Positions 17,147-25,918 are shown, counted from the stretch's first letter. The stretch: 40,772 nt of DNA from an uncultured Dehalococcoidia bacterium (GCA_964548795.1 CAZJSO010000002.1:1-40772), one strand, 5' to 3'. Notes: generated by a model from the sequence alone, not told the origin. Translations and numbers: made by a program.

Positions 17147-18666
17147 ATTCTGCCCCCGAACTTGTCCGGTAAAAATATCCCGACCATTTTCGCCCGGTCC
17201 AAAGCCCTTTGGTGCAGGGCAAGGTTAGCTAGAATTTCCAGAGCAGAAAAGTTGGCTTCCTCAATGACTTCTGAGTTCCGCTCCAGACTTTCTAATTCTG
17301 ATGACCTGCATCTCATTTTATGGATAACCTGCGACAGCTCTTCACGCTTGGAGATAAGTTCTTCTGGCACCTTGCCAGTGGAAAGGTTAACCTCGGAGAG
17401 CAGGGAACTAAGCTCCTGGGCCAACTTCTGGTGATTATACTCGCCCAAGAATTGCCCCTCATCCTTAAGATCCTCGAACACATTCCACATAAAATCAGCC
17501 GTTAGTTCGTCGCCTAGCAGGAAAGTTTTTTGGGGGTTGTCCAAGTCAATGAGGTCAGCTCGAAGGCCTACCCTTCCTCGGAGTGCCAACTTGAGGCCAT
17601 GATAAGCCTGTCGCAAGTTAGCTACCTGCCGATTCTCCAGCTCCACGCTGGCGTAGGTATGGTCCAGAGCCCTGTTGCTAGCCCTTATGCTGGGTTTCTT
17701 CTCCACGTAGGGGCAGATACGACTATATCTTACCGATTTATTGAGCAGATCGACAATCCACCAAGGAACAATCGCCTTACGCTCAATTTCCTCAAGCTCA
17801 GGGTAAGAGGGCTCTTCTTCTAAATTCACCTCAGCATAAGGCTTCACCCGGAAAGTCTCCTTGAGCATTATTCGGCGCTCAACTTCCTCCTCAGGCAAAT
17901 CCATGTAGACCGGCTCAAGGCGGTCGAGGAGGGGACGAGGTATTTCGTTCACATGAGCGAACCCCCGGGGATTGCCCGTGGCAATGAGCACTAGGTCGAG
18001 AGGATGCTCCCAGTTATACTCCTCTAAGATAGCCTTCTTCTCCTCCAGAATTGGGTGGAAGAGGACCTGTACCTTGGTGCGGATGGCAGGAAGCTCATCC
18101 ACAAAGAGTATTCCTCTATTGGCCCGGAACACTCCGGTACCGGTAAAAACTCGAGGATCGGAGGGGCTTTTGCCTTTAGCAATTGCCTGGATATCCTTGA
18201 GGCCAAGTAACTTGGCCTCGTTAGTGTACTCATTTCCCTGAATACGGGAGAATCGCCTTGGGCCGGGAATGAAGTCGATTCCGAATTCTTTCACCGGGTC
18301 TTTAGCTTGACGGCAACGGGGACAAAGCAGTTCTCTAGGCCACTTGGGATCATCATGGTAGGGGCATCCCCGGATGAATGGAACACGCGGAAGCAACCTG
18401 GTAAGTGACCTGGCCAGCCTTGTTTTCCCAGTGCCCTCCTCCGAAATAAGATAGGGATGTGCTCCGGAGAGAAGAGCCCGTACGACATCAGCCTTAGTTT
18501 CCTGCCGGCCATCGATCTCTGGCAAGAGTTCCTCTCCCCGCCTTATTTTTCTCAAAAGAACCCCTCTGATCTGATGGGCTACAGGCAGGGGCTGGTAACC
18601 ATCCAGGTCAAAGCTAGACTTCTCTTTGAAAGTGGGGTAAGATTTTCTTAAGAGTTTTCCCAGCAT
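17143..18666 (-). CDS. AAA+ ATPase of the ChlI/BchI (Mg-chelatase-like) type with zinc-knuckle insert
   Basis: 507 aa with Walker A EEGTGKT, Walker B ILFVDEL, sensor ATGNP and PLLDRL. It has a CPYH...CPRC insert at the position where BchI/ChlI carry their Cys-rich insert, and a C-terminal extension of about 200 aa of unknown type. Confidence 0.8.
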   Translation of the reverse strand: MLGKLLRKSYPTFKEKSSFDLDGYQPLPVAHQIRGVLLRKIRRGEELLPEIDGRQETKADVVRALLSGAHPYLISEEGTGKTRLARSLTRLLPRVPFIRGCPYHDDPKWPRELLCPRCRQAKDPVKEFGIDFIPGPRRFSRIQGNEYTNEAKLLGLKDIQAIAKGKSPSDPRVFTGTGVFRANRGILFVDELPAIRTKVQVLFHPILEEKKAILEEYNWEHPLDLVLIATGNPRGFAHVNEIPRPLLDRLEPVYMDLPEEEVERRIMLKETFRVKPYAEVNLEEEPSYPELEEIERKAIVPWWIVDLLNKSVRYSRICPYVEKKPSIRASNRALDHTYASVELENRQVANLRQAYHGLKLALRGRVGLRADLIDLDNPQKTFLLGDELTADFMWNVFEDLKDEGQFLGEYNHQKLAQELSSLLSEVNLSTGKVPEELISKREELSQVIHKMRCRSSELESLERNSEVIEEANFSALEILANLALHQRALDRAKMVGIFLPDKFGGRI

Positions 18667-18684
18667 ATTTCACCAGGGGAGGCG

Positions 18685-19377
18685 ATGTCTGGACTTCCAA
18701 CCATAGTCGAGATTTTGAGGTATCTTCGCAGTAATGCCACACCCCACACCTACGAAGATATTATCAGCCAGACCTCGGGGAGTCAAGGCCGGGTTGAGCA
18801 GGCACTCACGAAACTGGTAACCAGTGGAATGGTGAGGGCTAAGGGGAAGCTCTACCAGTACATCCCTACTCCCGAAGCTGAAGAACTATGTCAGAAACTT
18901 TTCGATCTATATGAGCGAGTAGTGCAAAAATCTCGGCTGGAATTACTCCTCCGGGGAATTTTGTCCCAAAGCGCCCAGCGTTATTTCTTCAAGATGGACA
19001 CGCTCAGGGAGATGCTGGAGAGGGAGGGATTTGCCTCTCAGGAGGTAAGCCAATTGCTGAAAGAGGAAATCAGGAAAGGACACATTCGACACTTAAAGTT
19101 GGTCTTTGTGACCAAGCTCCCTTTCTCAGCTCCTATTTATGTGCCTTTGGCGTATATCTCACACTTCGGGCCAGTTCGTTCTCAGGAGTACGAGGCGCTA
19201 AAGGAATATTCACAGATCAAAGGGCTAGATTTCATCGAGGAGGATTATCTCCAAGCTGATTACCCTCCAGAGCTAGCTCAGCCAGGACAGGAATATCTCA
19301 AGAAAGAGGCAGGACGGATTCTGGAGAAATTGAGGGAAGAAGCCTTACTCCAGTGGTATAGCCTTAGAGGCTATTAA
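18685..19377 (+). CDS. hypothetical protein with N-terminal winged-helix DNA-binding-like domain
   Basis: 230 aa. The first ~65 aa (TIVEILRYLRSN...HTYEDIISQTSGSQGRVEQALTKLVTSGMVRAKGKLY) look like a MarR/ArsR-type wHTH; the rest is unassigned. It is divergent from the AAA+ gene with only 18 bp between the start codons. Confidence 0.5.
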   Translation: MSGLPTIVEILRYLRSNATPHTYEDIISQTSGSQGRVEQALTKLVTSGMVRAKGKLYQYIPTPEAEELCQKLFDLYERVVQKSRLELLLRGILSQSAQRYFFKMDTLREMLEREGFASQEVSQLLKEEIRKGHIRHLKLVFVTKLPFSAPIYVPLAYISHFGPVRSQEYEALKEYSQIKGLDFIEEDYLQADYPPELAQPGQEYLKKEAGRILEKLREEALLQWYSLRGY

Positions 19378-19513
19378 ATCCCTATTGCCGAGGGTAAATC
19401 ACCCCTCTGGAGATGGCGGGATGGGGTGGAGGAGGGCACTGAGCAAACAGCCGACCTTTGGAATCAAGAGGTACACTCTGTCACAGTATTGTCTGTAGCT
19501 CTCGCCGAACTTC

Positions 19514-19552
19514 TCTAGGAGCCCACTCTCCCGAAGGTTTCCCTAGATTTTT
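19514..19552 (+). terminator. weak hairpin plus T-run downstream of the winged-helix gene
   Basis: TCTAGG (19514-19519) pairs with CCTAGA (19542-19547), followed by TTTTT (19548-19552). The stem is short and the loop is large. Confidence 0.2.
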
Positions 19553-19758
19553 CAAAAGCCTGCCTGATCTTCGCAGAAGGAGGAAGGAAAAGGCGAGACC
19601 GGGGAATCCAGGACACCTGAGCCAGATTGGAAGACAGAGGGTGCCTAAATTAAATTAATGTCAAAATAGATCCCCAAACTGAGGGAGAGAATAAGCGCTC
19701 CCATCCAGAGTACGAACCGCTTCTTCATCTGCCCCAGCAGCTTTCACAGCCATCATTT

Positions 19759-21558
19759 TCATCCTGGGCCAAGATGCTCTTTGAAGAGCTGCGCTCCGCT
19801 TTGGAAGAGTTCTCTAAATTTCTCTGCCTGTTGACGGAGGTACTTTAAGGGTCCCAGCCCGGTTTCACCCAGATAGCGAAGTCGGTGATAGCGAGATTTC
19901 GCCAGGCGGCTGGGAGAAAAGACCTGAATTTGGGCTAACTCTTGGAGGAGGAGATTGCGCAATAGCCTACTTGCTTCAGCATGATTGGCATGTGCCCCTC
20001 CTTCTGGCTCCGGAACTATAAGGTCAATTATTCCGAACTCCTTGCACTCAGCGGCTGTCAGCCTCAGCTCAGGAGCAAGCTCCTGAGCCTTAGTTGCATC
20101 CCGATAGAAGATCGATGCAGCACGCTCTGGCGAGATCACTGTAAGATAGGCGTTCTCCAGCATCAAGACTCTGTCGGCCAGACTCAGGGCCAGGGCGCCT
20201 TCGCTCCCTCCTTGACCAATGATCACCGAAATAACAGGGGTGGGCAAATCGGAGAGGAAAGCCATAGTGGAAGCAATGGCCTGGCCAATCCCTTTTTCCT
20301 CGGCCTCTGGCCCTGGGTAAGCCCCTGGAGTATCGATAAAGTTTATAAGCGGCAGGTTGAACTTAGCGGCTAGCTTCATAGCTCGTTGTGCCTTGCGAAA
20401 ACCTTCAGGCCTTACTCTCCCTTCATTCCGATCCCGTTGTTGTCCAATTACTACCACCGCCTCTCCACCGATCTCAGCCAAGCCGCAGATTAACGCTGGG
20501 TCATCACCGGAGACGCGGTCCCCGTGCAGTTCAACAAAGTTAAAGGCAATCCGTGACATGTAATCCAGGAAGGTAGGACGTAGCTTGTGTCGGGCGAGCT
20601 GGACTGTCTGCCAAGGTTGCTCTTGGGCATGAAGAGGGGCGAAGTAGGGCTTGGCCTTCTTCCGCATCCCTAGGCGATAACGTGGAGTAAGAAGATCAAG
20701 AATGATGGAGAGCAGATGTCTCTGCTCGGTTCGCTCGGCCACCTGGTCAATTAGTCCATGTTCTAAATGTGCTTCGGCAGTATGACCTTTCTCTGGAAGC
20801 ACCCCACCCGCCTCTTCCTTCATCACCCTCAGAGGAGCAAAGCCCAGCAAAGCTTGGGGCTCAGCAATGATAATATCTCCCAGGCTGGCTAGGCTGACGT
20901 AAACTTCTCCTGTGGTGGGACTGCTCAGAATACAGATGAGGGATAATTTGTCCTCCTGGAATCTCCTAGCGGCTGCAGTCACTTTACCCATTTGGATCAA
21001 GGAAAGCACCCCTTCTTCTACCCGGCAGCCACTGGAGGAAATCACTACGACCAATGGCAGTCGGCGTCTTGAGGCAAACTCAAAGGCACGAGCGAGCTTT
21101 TCTCCTGCCACCACTCCCAGGCTACCGCCCATGAAGCCGAAATCGAGCACTGCCAGGACAACTGAGTTTCCCCCGATGGAACAACTGCCAGTTAAGACTG
21201 CCTCGGCTAGTCCACTCTTTCTCTGTGCTTCCAAGAGTCGCTCTTGATAGGGCAGGTTACTTTCTAACTGTAAGAATTCCGGAGTAGCCAACCTAGGATC
21301 CAGTTCTTGAAAGCTCTCCGGGTCGACCAGTAAGTTTACTCGCTTCCACGCTGGGAGATAGTGGTGGAAGTGGCAAACATCACAAACTCGGTAGATCCGA
21401 TATAGTTCAGCCTGGGATAAATCGGCCCCGCAATGTAGGCAGCGGGCTTCCTCTAGAGGTTCCTCAGGAGGGGGCTGCGAGGTGAATCTTTCCAGCCTCC
21501 GCTGCTTTAACCTCTGCCGCTCCAGGTAATAAGCCAGTAGCGAAATCAATTCCCTCAT
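19759..21558 (-). CDS. accDA: acetyl-CoA carboxylase carboxyltransferase, fused beta (AccD) and alpha (AccA) subunits
   Basis: 599 aa. The N-terminus has the AccD zinc ribbon CLHCGADL...CDVCHFHH and a CT-beta domain. The C-terminal half has AccA-type motifs (FIDTPGAYPG, GQGGSEGALA). The ATG overlaps the ftsK stop (ATGA). Confidence 0.85.
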   Translation of the reverse strand: MRELISLLAYYLERQRLKQRRLERFTSQPPPEEPLEEARCLHCGADLSQAELYRIYRVCDVCHFHHYLPAWKRVNLLVDPESFQELDPRLATPEFLQLESNLPYQERLLEAQRKSGLAEAVLTGSCSIGGNSVVLAVLDFGFMGGSLGVVAGEKLARAFEFASRRRLPLVVVISSSGCRVEEGVLSLIQMGKVTAAARRFQEDKLSLICILSSPTTGEVYVSLASLGDIIIAEPQALLGFAPLRVMKEEAGGVLPEKGHTAEAHLEHGLIDQVAERTEQRHLLSIILDLLTPRYRLGMRKKAKPYFAPLHAQEQPWQTVQLARHKLRPTFLDYMSRIAFNFVELHGDRVSGDDPALICGLAEIGGEAVVVIGQQRDRNEGRVRPEGFRKAQRAMKLAAKFNLPLINFIDTPGAYPGPEAEEKGIGQAIASTMAFLSDLPTPVISVIIGQGGSEGALALSLADRVLMLENAYLTVISPERAASIFYRDATKAQELAPELRLTAAECKEFGIIDLIVPEPEGGAHANHAEASRLLRNLLLQELAQIQVFSPSRLAKSRYHRLRYLGETGLGPLKYLRQQAEKFRELFQSGAQLFKEHLGPG

Positions 21559-23765
21559 TCTTCCTCATGTTCACTGGGTTCGCTTGAGATGAGTTCTTCC
21601 TCCTCCAGTTGCTCCATTAGTCTAGCTGCACGAGGATAACCTATATGTAACCGGCGCTGTAGCAAAGAGATGGAAAGGTGGGGATATTCCCTGGCTAATT
21701 CCTTAGCACGCTCGAGAAAAGGATCTAGCTCCAATTTTTCAACCGGGAGAGAGGCAAAGTCCTGCGCTATACGGTCGCGTTCCGCTGGCAGATGCTCCTC
21801 AGCCCACTTTCTCCAGAAGTTGGTGACTTTATCCATTTCCTCGTCAGAGATAAAGCACCCTCTGAGCCTTCTTGGCTTATGGGCATCTGGTGTGAGATAA
21901 AGCATATCCCCTTTCCCCAGCAGCTTCTCAGCACCTGGTGTGTCCAGAATGGTACGGGAGTCCACCACGGAAACCACTGCGAAGCTGATACGAGCTGGGA
22001 AGTTGGCCTTAATGAGCCCTGTTATTACATCCACTGAAGGCCGCTGAGTAGCCACTACCAGATGGATTCCGGTAGCACGAGAAAGCTGAGCCAGACGGCA
22101 GATGAGAGGCTCAACTACATCGGCAGCCGTCATCATAAGGTCTGCCAGTTCATCAATGAACACCACAATGTAGGGAAGCGGCTCAGCCGACTTGCTATTG
22201 TAGACATCAACATTGCGCACTCCTGCAGCGGCAAACCTGCGGTAACGGTGATCCATTTCCAGGGTGACTCGACGCAGAGCTTCAATCGCTTTATCGACAT
22301 CCACCACTACAGGGGTAAGGAGATGAGGTATTCCATTAAAAGTGACCATTTCTACTCGCTTGGGGTCAATAAGCACTAACCTAACTTCGCTAGGCATCGT
22401 GCGCATGAGGAAGGAAGTGATCATGCAATTGAGGCAGACGGTCTTGCCACTTCCTGTAGCTCCGGCGATGAGCAGGTGGGGCATCTTAGCTATATCACAC
22501 ACCACGGGCTCCCCCCCAGCAGCTTGACCCAGAGCCACTACTAATTTTGATCTGCCCCTGGCTTTTTGGAAAACCGAGCTATCAATAACGCTGCGCAGAG
22601 GAACTATGGCAGTGCTAATATTAGGGACCTCAATGCCCACCAAAGGCTTGCCAGGCACTGGTGCTTCAATCCGCACGCTGGGAACAGCCAGTGTCAAGGC
22701 CAAATCATTAGCTAGAGAAAGAAAGCGCTCCACCTTAACTCTAGTCCTCGAGATTTCCTCAAGCCGGTACACTGGGTTGCCGTCCTTGTCCTTTTTTATC
22801 TTGCCATCTGATTCCCTCTCCAACACTCGGCGGAATTTTCTCTCCCACCCTGGCTCAACCCCAAATTGGGTGACTGAAGGCCCAGGGTTCACCTGCACCA
22901 CCTTGGCCTCTACCCCATAGCTGGATAGAGCACTCTCAAGCAGTTTAGCCCTTTCACTCTCATCGGCTTGGGCAAAAGCAGCCTTGGGAGCTTTGTTAAG
23001 GAATTCAATGGGGGGTGAGCCTTGAGCAAGATCAGCTGCGAAGGTTTTTTCAGATATGGTCGCCGACAAGGTAGTCTCCGAGGTAGGAACTTTTCCACCC
23101 AGCCGGGGGGGTGCTTCTGGCCTCCTCTCGGCTGGGGCTGGTTTCTTCACTAGCAGACCGGCAAGGCCTGTGCCTAACATCCGAACTAGAGAGAAAATTC
23201 CTTGGGTGGTCTTCTTCAACGAAAACTCCAATAACTTCCAGAGTTGCTCGGTCAGCATTAGGGTAAGCTGCCAGAGGGATAGGAGAAACCTACTTATTAA
23301 TTTAAAGGAACCTCGAGGGGTAAGAATGATGAGGCCACCAAACCCCAGGCCCAGAAGGCGAGCCCAAGTATAAGAGCTGCCACTGATAGCTTTTCCTAAG
23401 GAACCACCAAGGGTGGCCTCACCAAGGTTTACAGCAGCTATGTAGGTCTGGGGATGGAATACTGAAAGTACCCCCCAGACGAAAGCTGTGAAGGACATGG
23501 CTCCTAACCAGTGATTCCACCTCCGTTGCAGGACCTGGAAGTGCCGGCCCCAGAACACCCAAAGCAACACCACAAACCACCCAGCTAGCAGAACGGCAGC
23601 GAAGCCGACCGTCTCCAGGATTGCTCGGACGATATTTGCCCAGAAAAGGAATGCTAGCACACCGGCTAGAGCAATCCCTAGCAATTTGAGGGCAGCCCAG
23701 GGAACACGATACCCTGCCCTACTTCCGCCAGATGAGGATATATTTGGCCTTTTCATCTTCGCCAA
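21555..23765 (-). CDS. ftsK: DNA translocase FtsK/SpoIIIE
   Basis: 736 aa with an N-terminal membrane domain, a linker, a motor domain with Walker A GATGSGKT and VVFIDELADL, and a C-terminal gamma wHTH (SISLLQRRLHIGYPRAARLM). Confidence 0.9.
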   Translation of the reverse strand: MAKMKRPNISSSGGSRAGYRVPWAALKLLGIALAGVLAFLFWANIVRAILETVGFAAVLLAGWFVVLLWVFWGRHFQVLQRRWNHWLGAMSFTAFVWGVLSVFHPQTYIAAVNLGEATLGGSLGKAISGSSYTWARLLGLGFGGLIILTPRGSFKLISRFLLSLWQLTLMLTEQLWKLLEFSLKKTTQGIFSLVRMLGTGLAGLLVKKPAPAERRPEAPPRLGGKVPTSETTLSATISEKTFAADLAQGSPPIEFLNKAPKAAFAQADESERAKLLESALSSYGVEAKVVQVNPGPSVTQFGVEPGWERKFRRVLERESDGKIKKDKDGNPVYRLEEISRTRVKVERFLSLANDLALTLAVPSVRIEAPVPGKPLVGIEVPNISTAIVPLRSVIDSSVFQKARGRSKLVVALGQAAGGEPVVCDIAKMPHLLIAGATGSGKTVCLNCMITSFLMRTMPSEVRLVLIDPKRVEMVTFNGIPHLLTPVVVDVDKAIEALRRVTLEMDHRYRRFAAAGVRNVDVYNSKSAEPLPYIVVFIDELADLMMTAADVVEPLICRLAQLSRATGIHLVVATQRPSVDVITGLIKANFPARISFAVVSVVDSRTILDTPGAEKLLGKGDMLYLTPDAHKPRRLRGCFISDEEMDKVTNFWRKWAEEHLPAERDRIAQDFASLPVEKLELDPFLERAKELAREYPHLSISLLQRRLHIGYPRAARLMEQLEEEELISSEPSEHEEE

Positions 23766-23787
23766 TTGGGATTGGGCAAGTCGGATA

Positions 23788-24375
23788 CTAAAACATGCTA
23801 AGCTGCTGAGGTTGCATTTGCAATTTTTCTGCCTCTGCCAAGAGGGAAGGCAGTCTGCGGATGTCGACTTCTATTGTCTCACGAAGATTCTGCCGATGAA
23901 GCGCTGCTGCAGGATGATACATTGCAAAATAAATTCGGTGATCTATTTTGCGGGCCGTGCCGTGAACCCTACTGATGCTCTGGCCAGGGAAGAACATAGC
24001 CATGGAGTAACGTCCTAAAGTAACGATTACCTTGGGATCAACGATCTCGATTTGCAGGTCAAGCCATTTGCGGCAAGCCTTCACTTCATTTGGTAAAGGA
24101 TCCCTATTCTCCGGAGGGCGACACTTAACCACATTACAGATGTAGACCTCATTTCGCCTAATCCCGATCGAGGCTAAGAGATCATCGAGAAAGTGCCCTG
24201 CAGGCCCAACAAATGGTCTTCCCTCTTGGTCTTCATAGAATCCAGGGGCCTCGCCGATAAACATGATCTGGGCGTCCTCTGGCCCTTCTCCCGGAACTAC
24301 CCTAGTACGGTGCTCAGCTAGTGGGCAGCTCCGGCAGCCTTCGATCTCCCGGTAAAGTTCAGTGAGTTTCGACAC
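23788..24375 (-). CDS. family 4 uracil-DNA glycosylase
   Basis: 195 aa with CRSCPL, GEGPEDAQIMFIGEAPG and GRPFVGPAG motifs. Confidence 0.85.
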   Translation of the reverse strand: MSKLTELYREIEGCRSCPLAEHRTRVVPGEGPEDAQIMFIGEAPGFYEDQEGRPFVGPAGHFLDDLLASIGIRRNEVYICNVVKCRPPENRDPLPNEVKACRKWLDLQIEIVDPKVIVTLGRYSMAMFFPGQSISRVHGTARKIDHRIYFAMYHPAAALHRQNLRETIEVDIRRLPSLLAEAEKLQMQPQQLSMF

Positions 24376-24772
24376 TTCCTTCCTCCTTGCTCACTATCAT
24401 TTTAAAACCAATTAGGAGCAACAGCAACCCAAAAGCTGCGGAGAGGAAACGGGCCGATAGAAGTCCAGCAATCCAAGCCCCAAGCAAGGCAAAAACCATG
24501 GAAATAGGGGCGATTCGTAGCACCAGTTGAGTCCTGACATTCCCCTGCCTTAATTGAGCTATAGCTCCTACTACTGCAGTGACCGGCATTACAGTAAGAG
24601 CCACCCCCTGAGCCAGGTGCTGTTCTACCCCAAGTATAAGAACCAGGCCCGGGATAATCAATGCCCCCCCGCCAACGCCCAGCATCCCAGCACAAATGCC
24701 GCTAAAAGCCCCAATTACTATAGCTATGGCAATGCTCATGGTAAAAACGAAAGCCCTGGCGGGCGCGTTCAA
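24359..24772 (-). CDS. TauE/SafE (DUF81) anion-exporter family, C-terminal-half-like 4-TM protein
   Basis: 137 aa with a GMLGVGGGALIIPGL repeat motif and 4 hydrophobic helices. TTG start 4 nt after the upstream half-gene stop, in a different frame, with no SD. Confidence 0.55.
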   Translation of the reverse strand: MNAPARAFVFTMSIAIAIVIGAFSGICAGMLGVGGGALIIPGLVLILGVEQHLAQGVALTVMPVTAVVGAIAQLRQGNVRTQLVLRIAPISMVFALLGAWIAGLLSARFLSAAFGLLLLLIGFKMIVSKEEGSVETH

Positions 24773-24776
24773 AGGC

Positions 24777-25118
24777 TTAAATGAAGGGTTTGGAAATCAT
24801 CCACAAGGCGGAGAAGATGAGAAAGGCCCCAAAACCTAGCCGTAAATTTCTTGAAGTGGCTCTAACCATCAATCTAGAGCCAAGAAAAACTCCACCAATG
24901 CTGCCAGCGGCTATCTCCGCCACCAGGATCCAATTTACATCGCCACGAGTGATGTAGAAGAACATCCCAGAGAGGGCAATGAAGATGATGATTGTTAGAG
25001 AAGTAGCGTGAGCTTGATGCTGCTCAGTTCGAAGAACCTTGGTAAGCAGGGGAACCAGAAAAACACCTCCACCAAGCCCCAAGAGCCCAGCTACAAAGCC
25101 GATTGCTGCCCCTCCCAC
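24777..25118 (-). CDS. TauE/SafE (DUF81) anion-exporter family, N-terminal-half-like 4-TM protein
   Basis: 113 aa with a GLLGLGGGVFLVPLL motif and 4 hydrophobic helices. GTG start. Confidence 0.6.
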   Translation of the reverse strand: MGGAAIGFVAGLLGLGGGVFLVPLLTKVLRTEQHQAHATSLTIIIFIALSGMFFYITRGDVNWILVAEIAAGSIGGVFLGSRLMVRATSRNLRLGFGAFLIFSALWMISKPFI

Positions 25119-25134
25119 TAAGGAGAACCAACCC

Positions 25135-25395
25135 TTATTCGTCCTCTATCCCCTGTTCCTTGAGGTAATCAACTAACTTCTGTACGGTGGTTAATTTCTC
25201 CGCTTCCTCGTCCGGTATCTCTAAGGGGCTGCCTTCCTGGCCAAACTCCTCCTCAATGGCCATTACTAGCTCTACCAGATCAAGGGAGTCTGCATTCAAG
25301 TCATCGGTGAAGGAAGCCCCTGGAGTTACTTCGCCTTCATCTACGCCGAGCTGCTCGGCGACTATCCTTCTCACGCGTTCAAAAACCGTGGCCAT
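25135..25395 (-). CDS. acpP: acyl carrier protein
   Basis: 86 aa with the [20 protein letters not shown] phosphopantetheine attachment site (DSL). Confidence 0.9.
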   Translation of the reverse strand: MATVFERVRRIVAEQLGVDEGEVTPGASFTDDLNADSLDLVELVMAIEEEFGQEGSPLEIPDEEAEKLTTVQKLVDYLKEQGIEDE

Positions 25396-25441
25396 TTTTC
25401 CCTCCCTGCAGATTTTTCATGGTCTGAAATTCTTTGTTTGA

Positions 25442-25852
25442 TTAGCTTGCTAGTATAGCTTTGCTAACCGAACCTAGCACGCCGTTTACAAATCGAGAAG
25501 ATCCCTGGCCTCCAAAGGTTTTAGCCAGCTCCACCGCCTCATTTATGGCCACCTTAGGAGGCGCTTGACCATGGAACAGGAGCTCAAAGAGGGCCAATCG
25601 AAGAATATTCCGGTCAATTGGAGCAAGCTGAGCTACTGGAAAAGCAGGAGCGAAGCGCTGGATAAGGACATCTATTTCTTCTCCCCTCTTCAACACCCCA
25701 TTTAGCAGTTCCTGGGCAAATGAAAAAGCCTCTTTGGTAAGATTTTTCTCCTGAGCCAGCCGGGTTAAGACCTCATGCGGGTCATGACCCACAAAATCAG
25801 ACTCGTATAATGCTTGCAGAACAATGACTCTGGCTCTCCTTCGCCGGCTCAT
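25442..25852 (-). CDS. nusB: transcription antitermination factor NusB
   Basis: 136 aa with RRRARVIVLQALYE, NEAVELAK and FVNGVLG. Confidence 0.9.
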   Translation of the reverse strand: MSRRRRARVIVLQALYESDFVGHDPHEVLTRLAQEKNLTKEAFSFAQELLNGVLKRGEEIDVLIQRFAPAFPVAQLAPIDRNILRLALFELLFHGQAPPKVAINEAVELAKTFGGQGSSRFVNGVLGSVSKAILAS

Positions 25853-25918
25853 AATTACTTCCAGTAGTGACGTCTGCCGTTATTAAGTTTTTAAGGGTGA
25901 CTTTTGTCTACAACTATC

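Noticed and set aside
19561-19640. A purine-rich GGAGGAAGGAAAAGG...GGGGAATCCAGG segment considered as SRP RNA or RNase P RNA.
   Set aside because: It does not match the conserved SRP domain IV or the RNase P P4 sequences as I recall them, and no convincing long-range pairing was seen.
19458-19658. A 66-aa plus-strand ORF with a TTG start downstream of the winged-helix gene.
   Set aside because: It is an Arg/Ser/Pro-rich low-complexity product with no SD and no recognisable fold signature.
19661-19762. A 33-aa minus-strand ORF (MKMMAVKAAGADEEAVRTLDGSAYSLPQFGDLF) whose ATG overlaps the accDA stop as ATGA.
   Set aside because: The overlap geometry is suggestive, but the peptide has no motif, no hydrophobic segment and no cysteine pattern. 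I cannot distinguish it from chance without conservation data.
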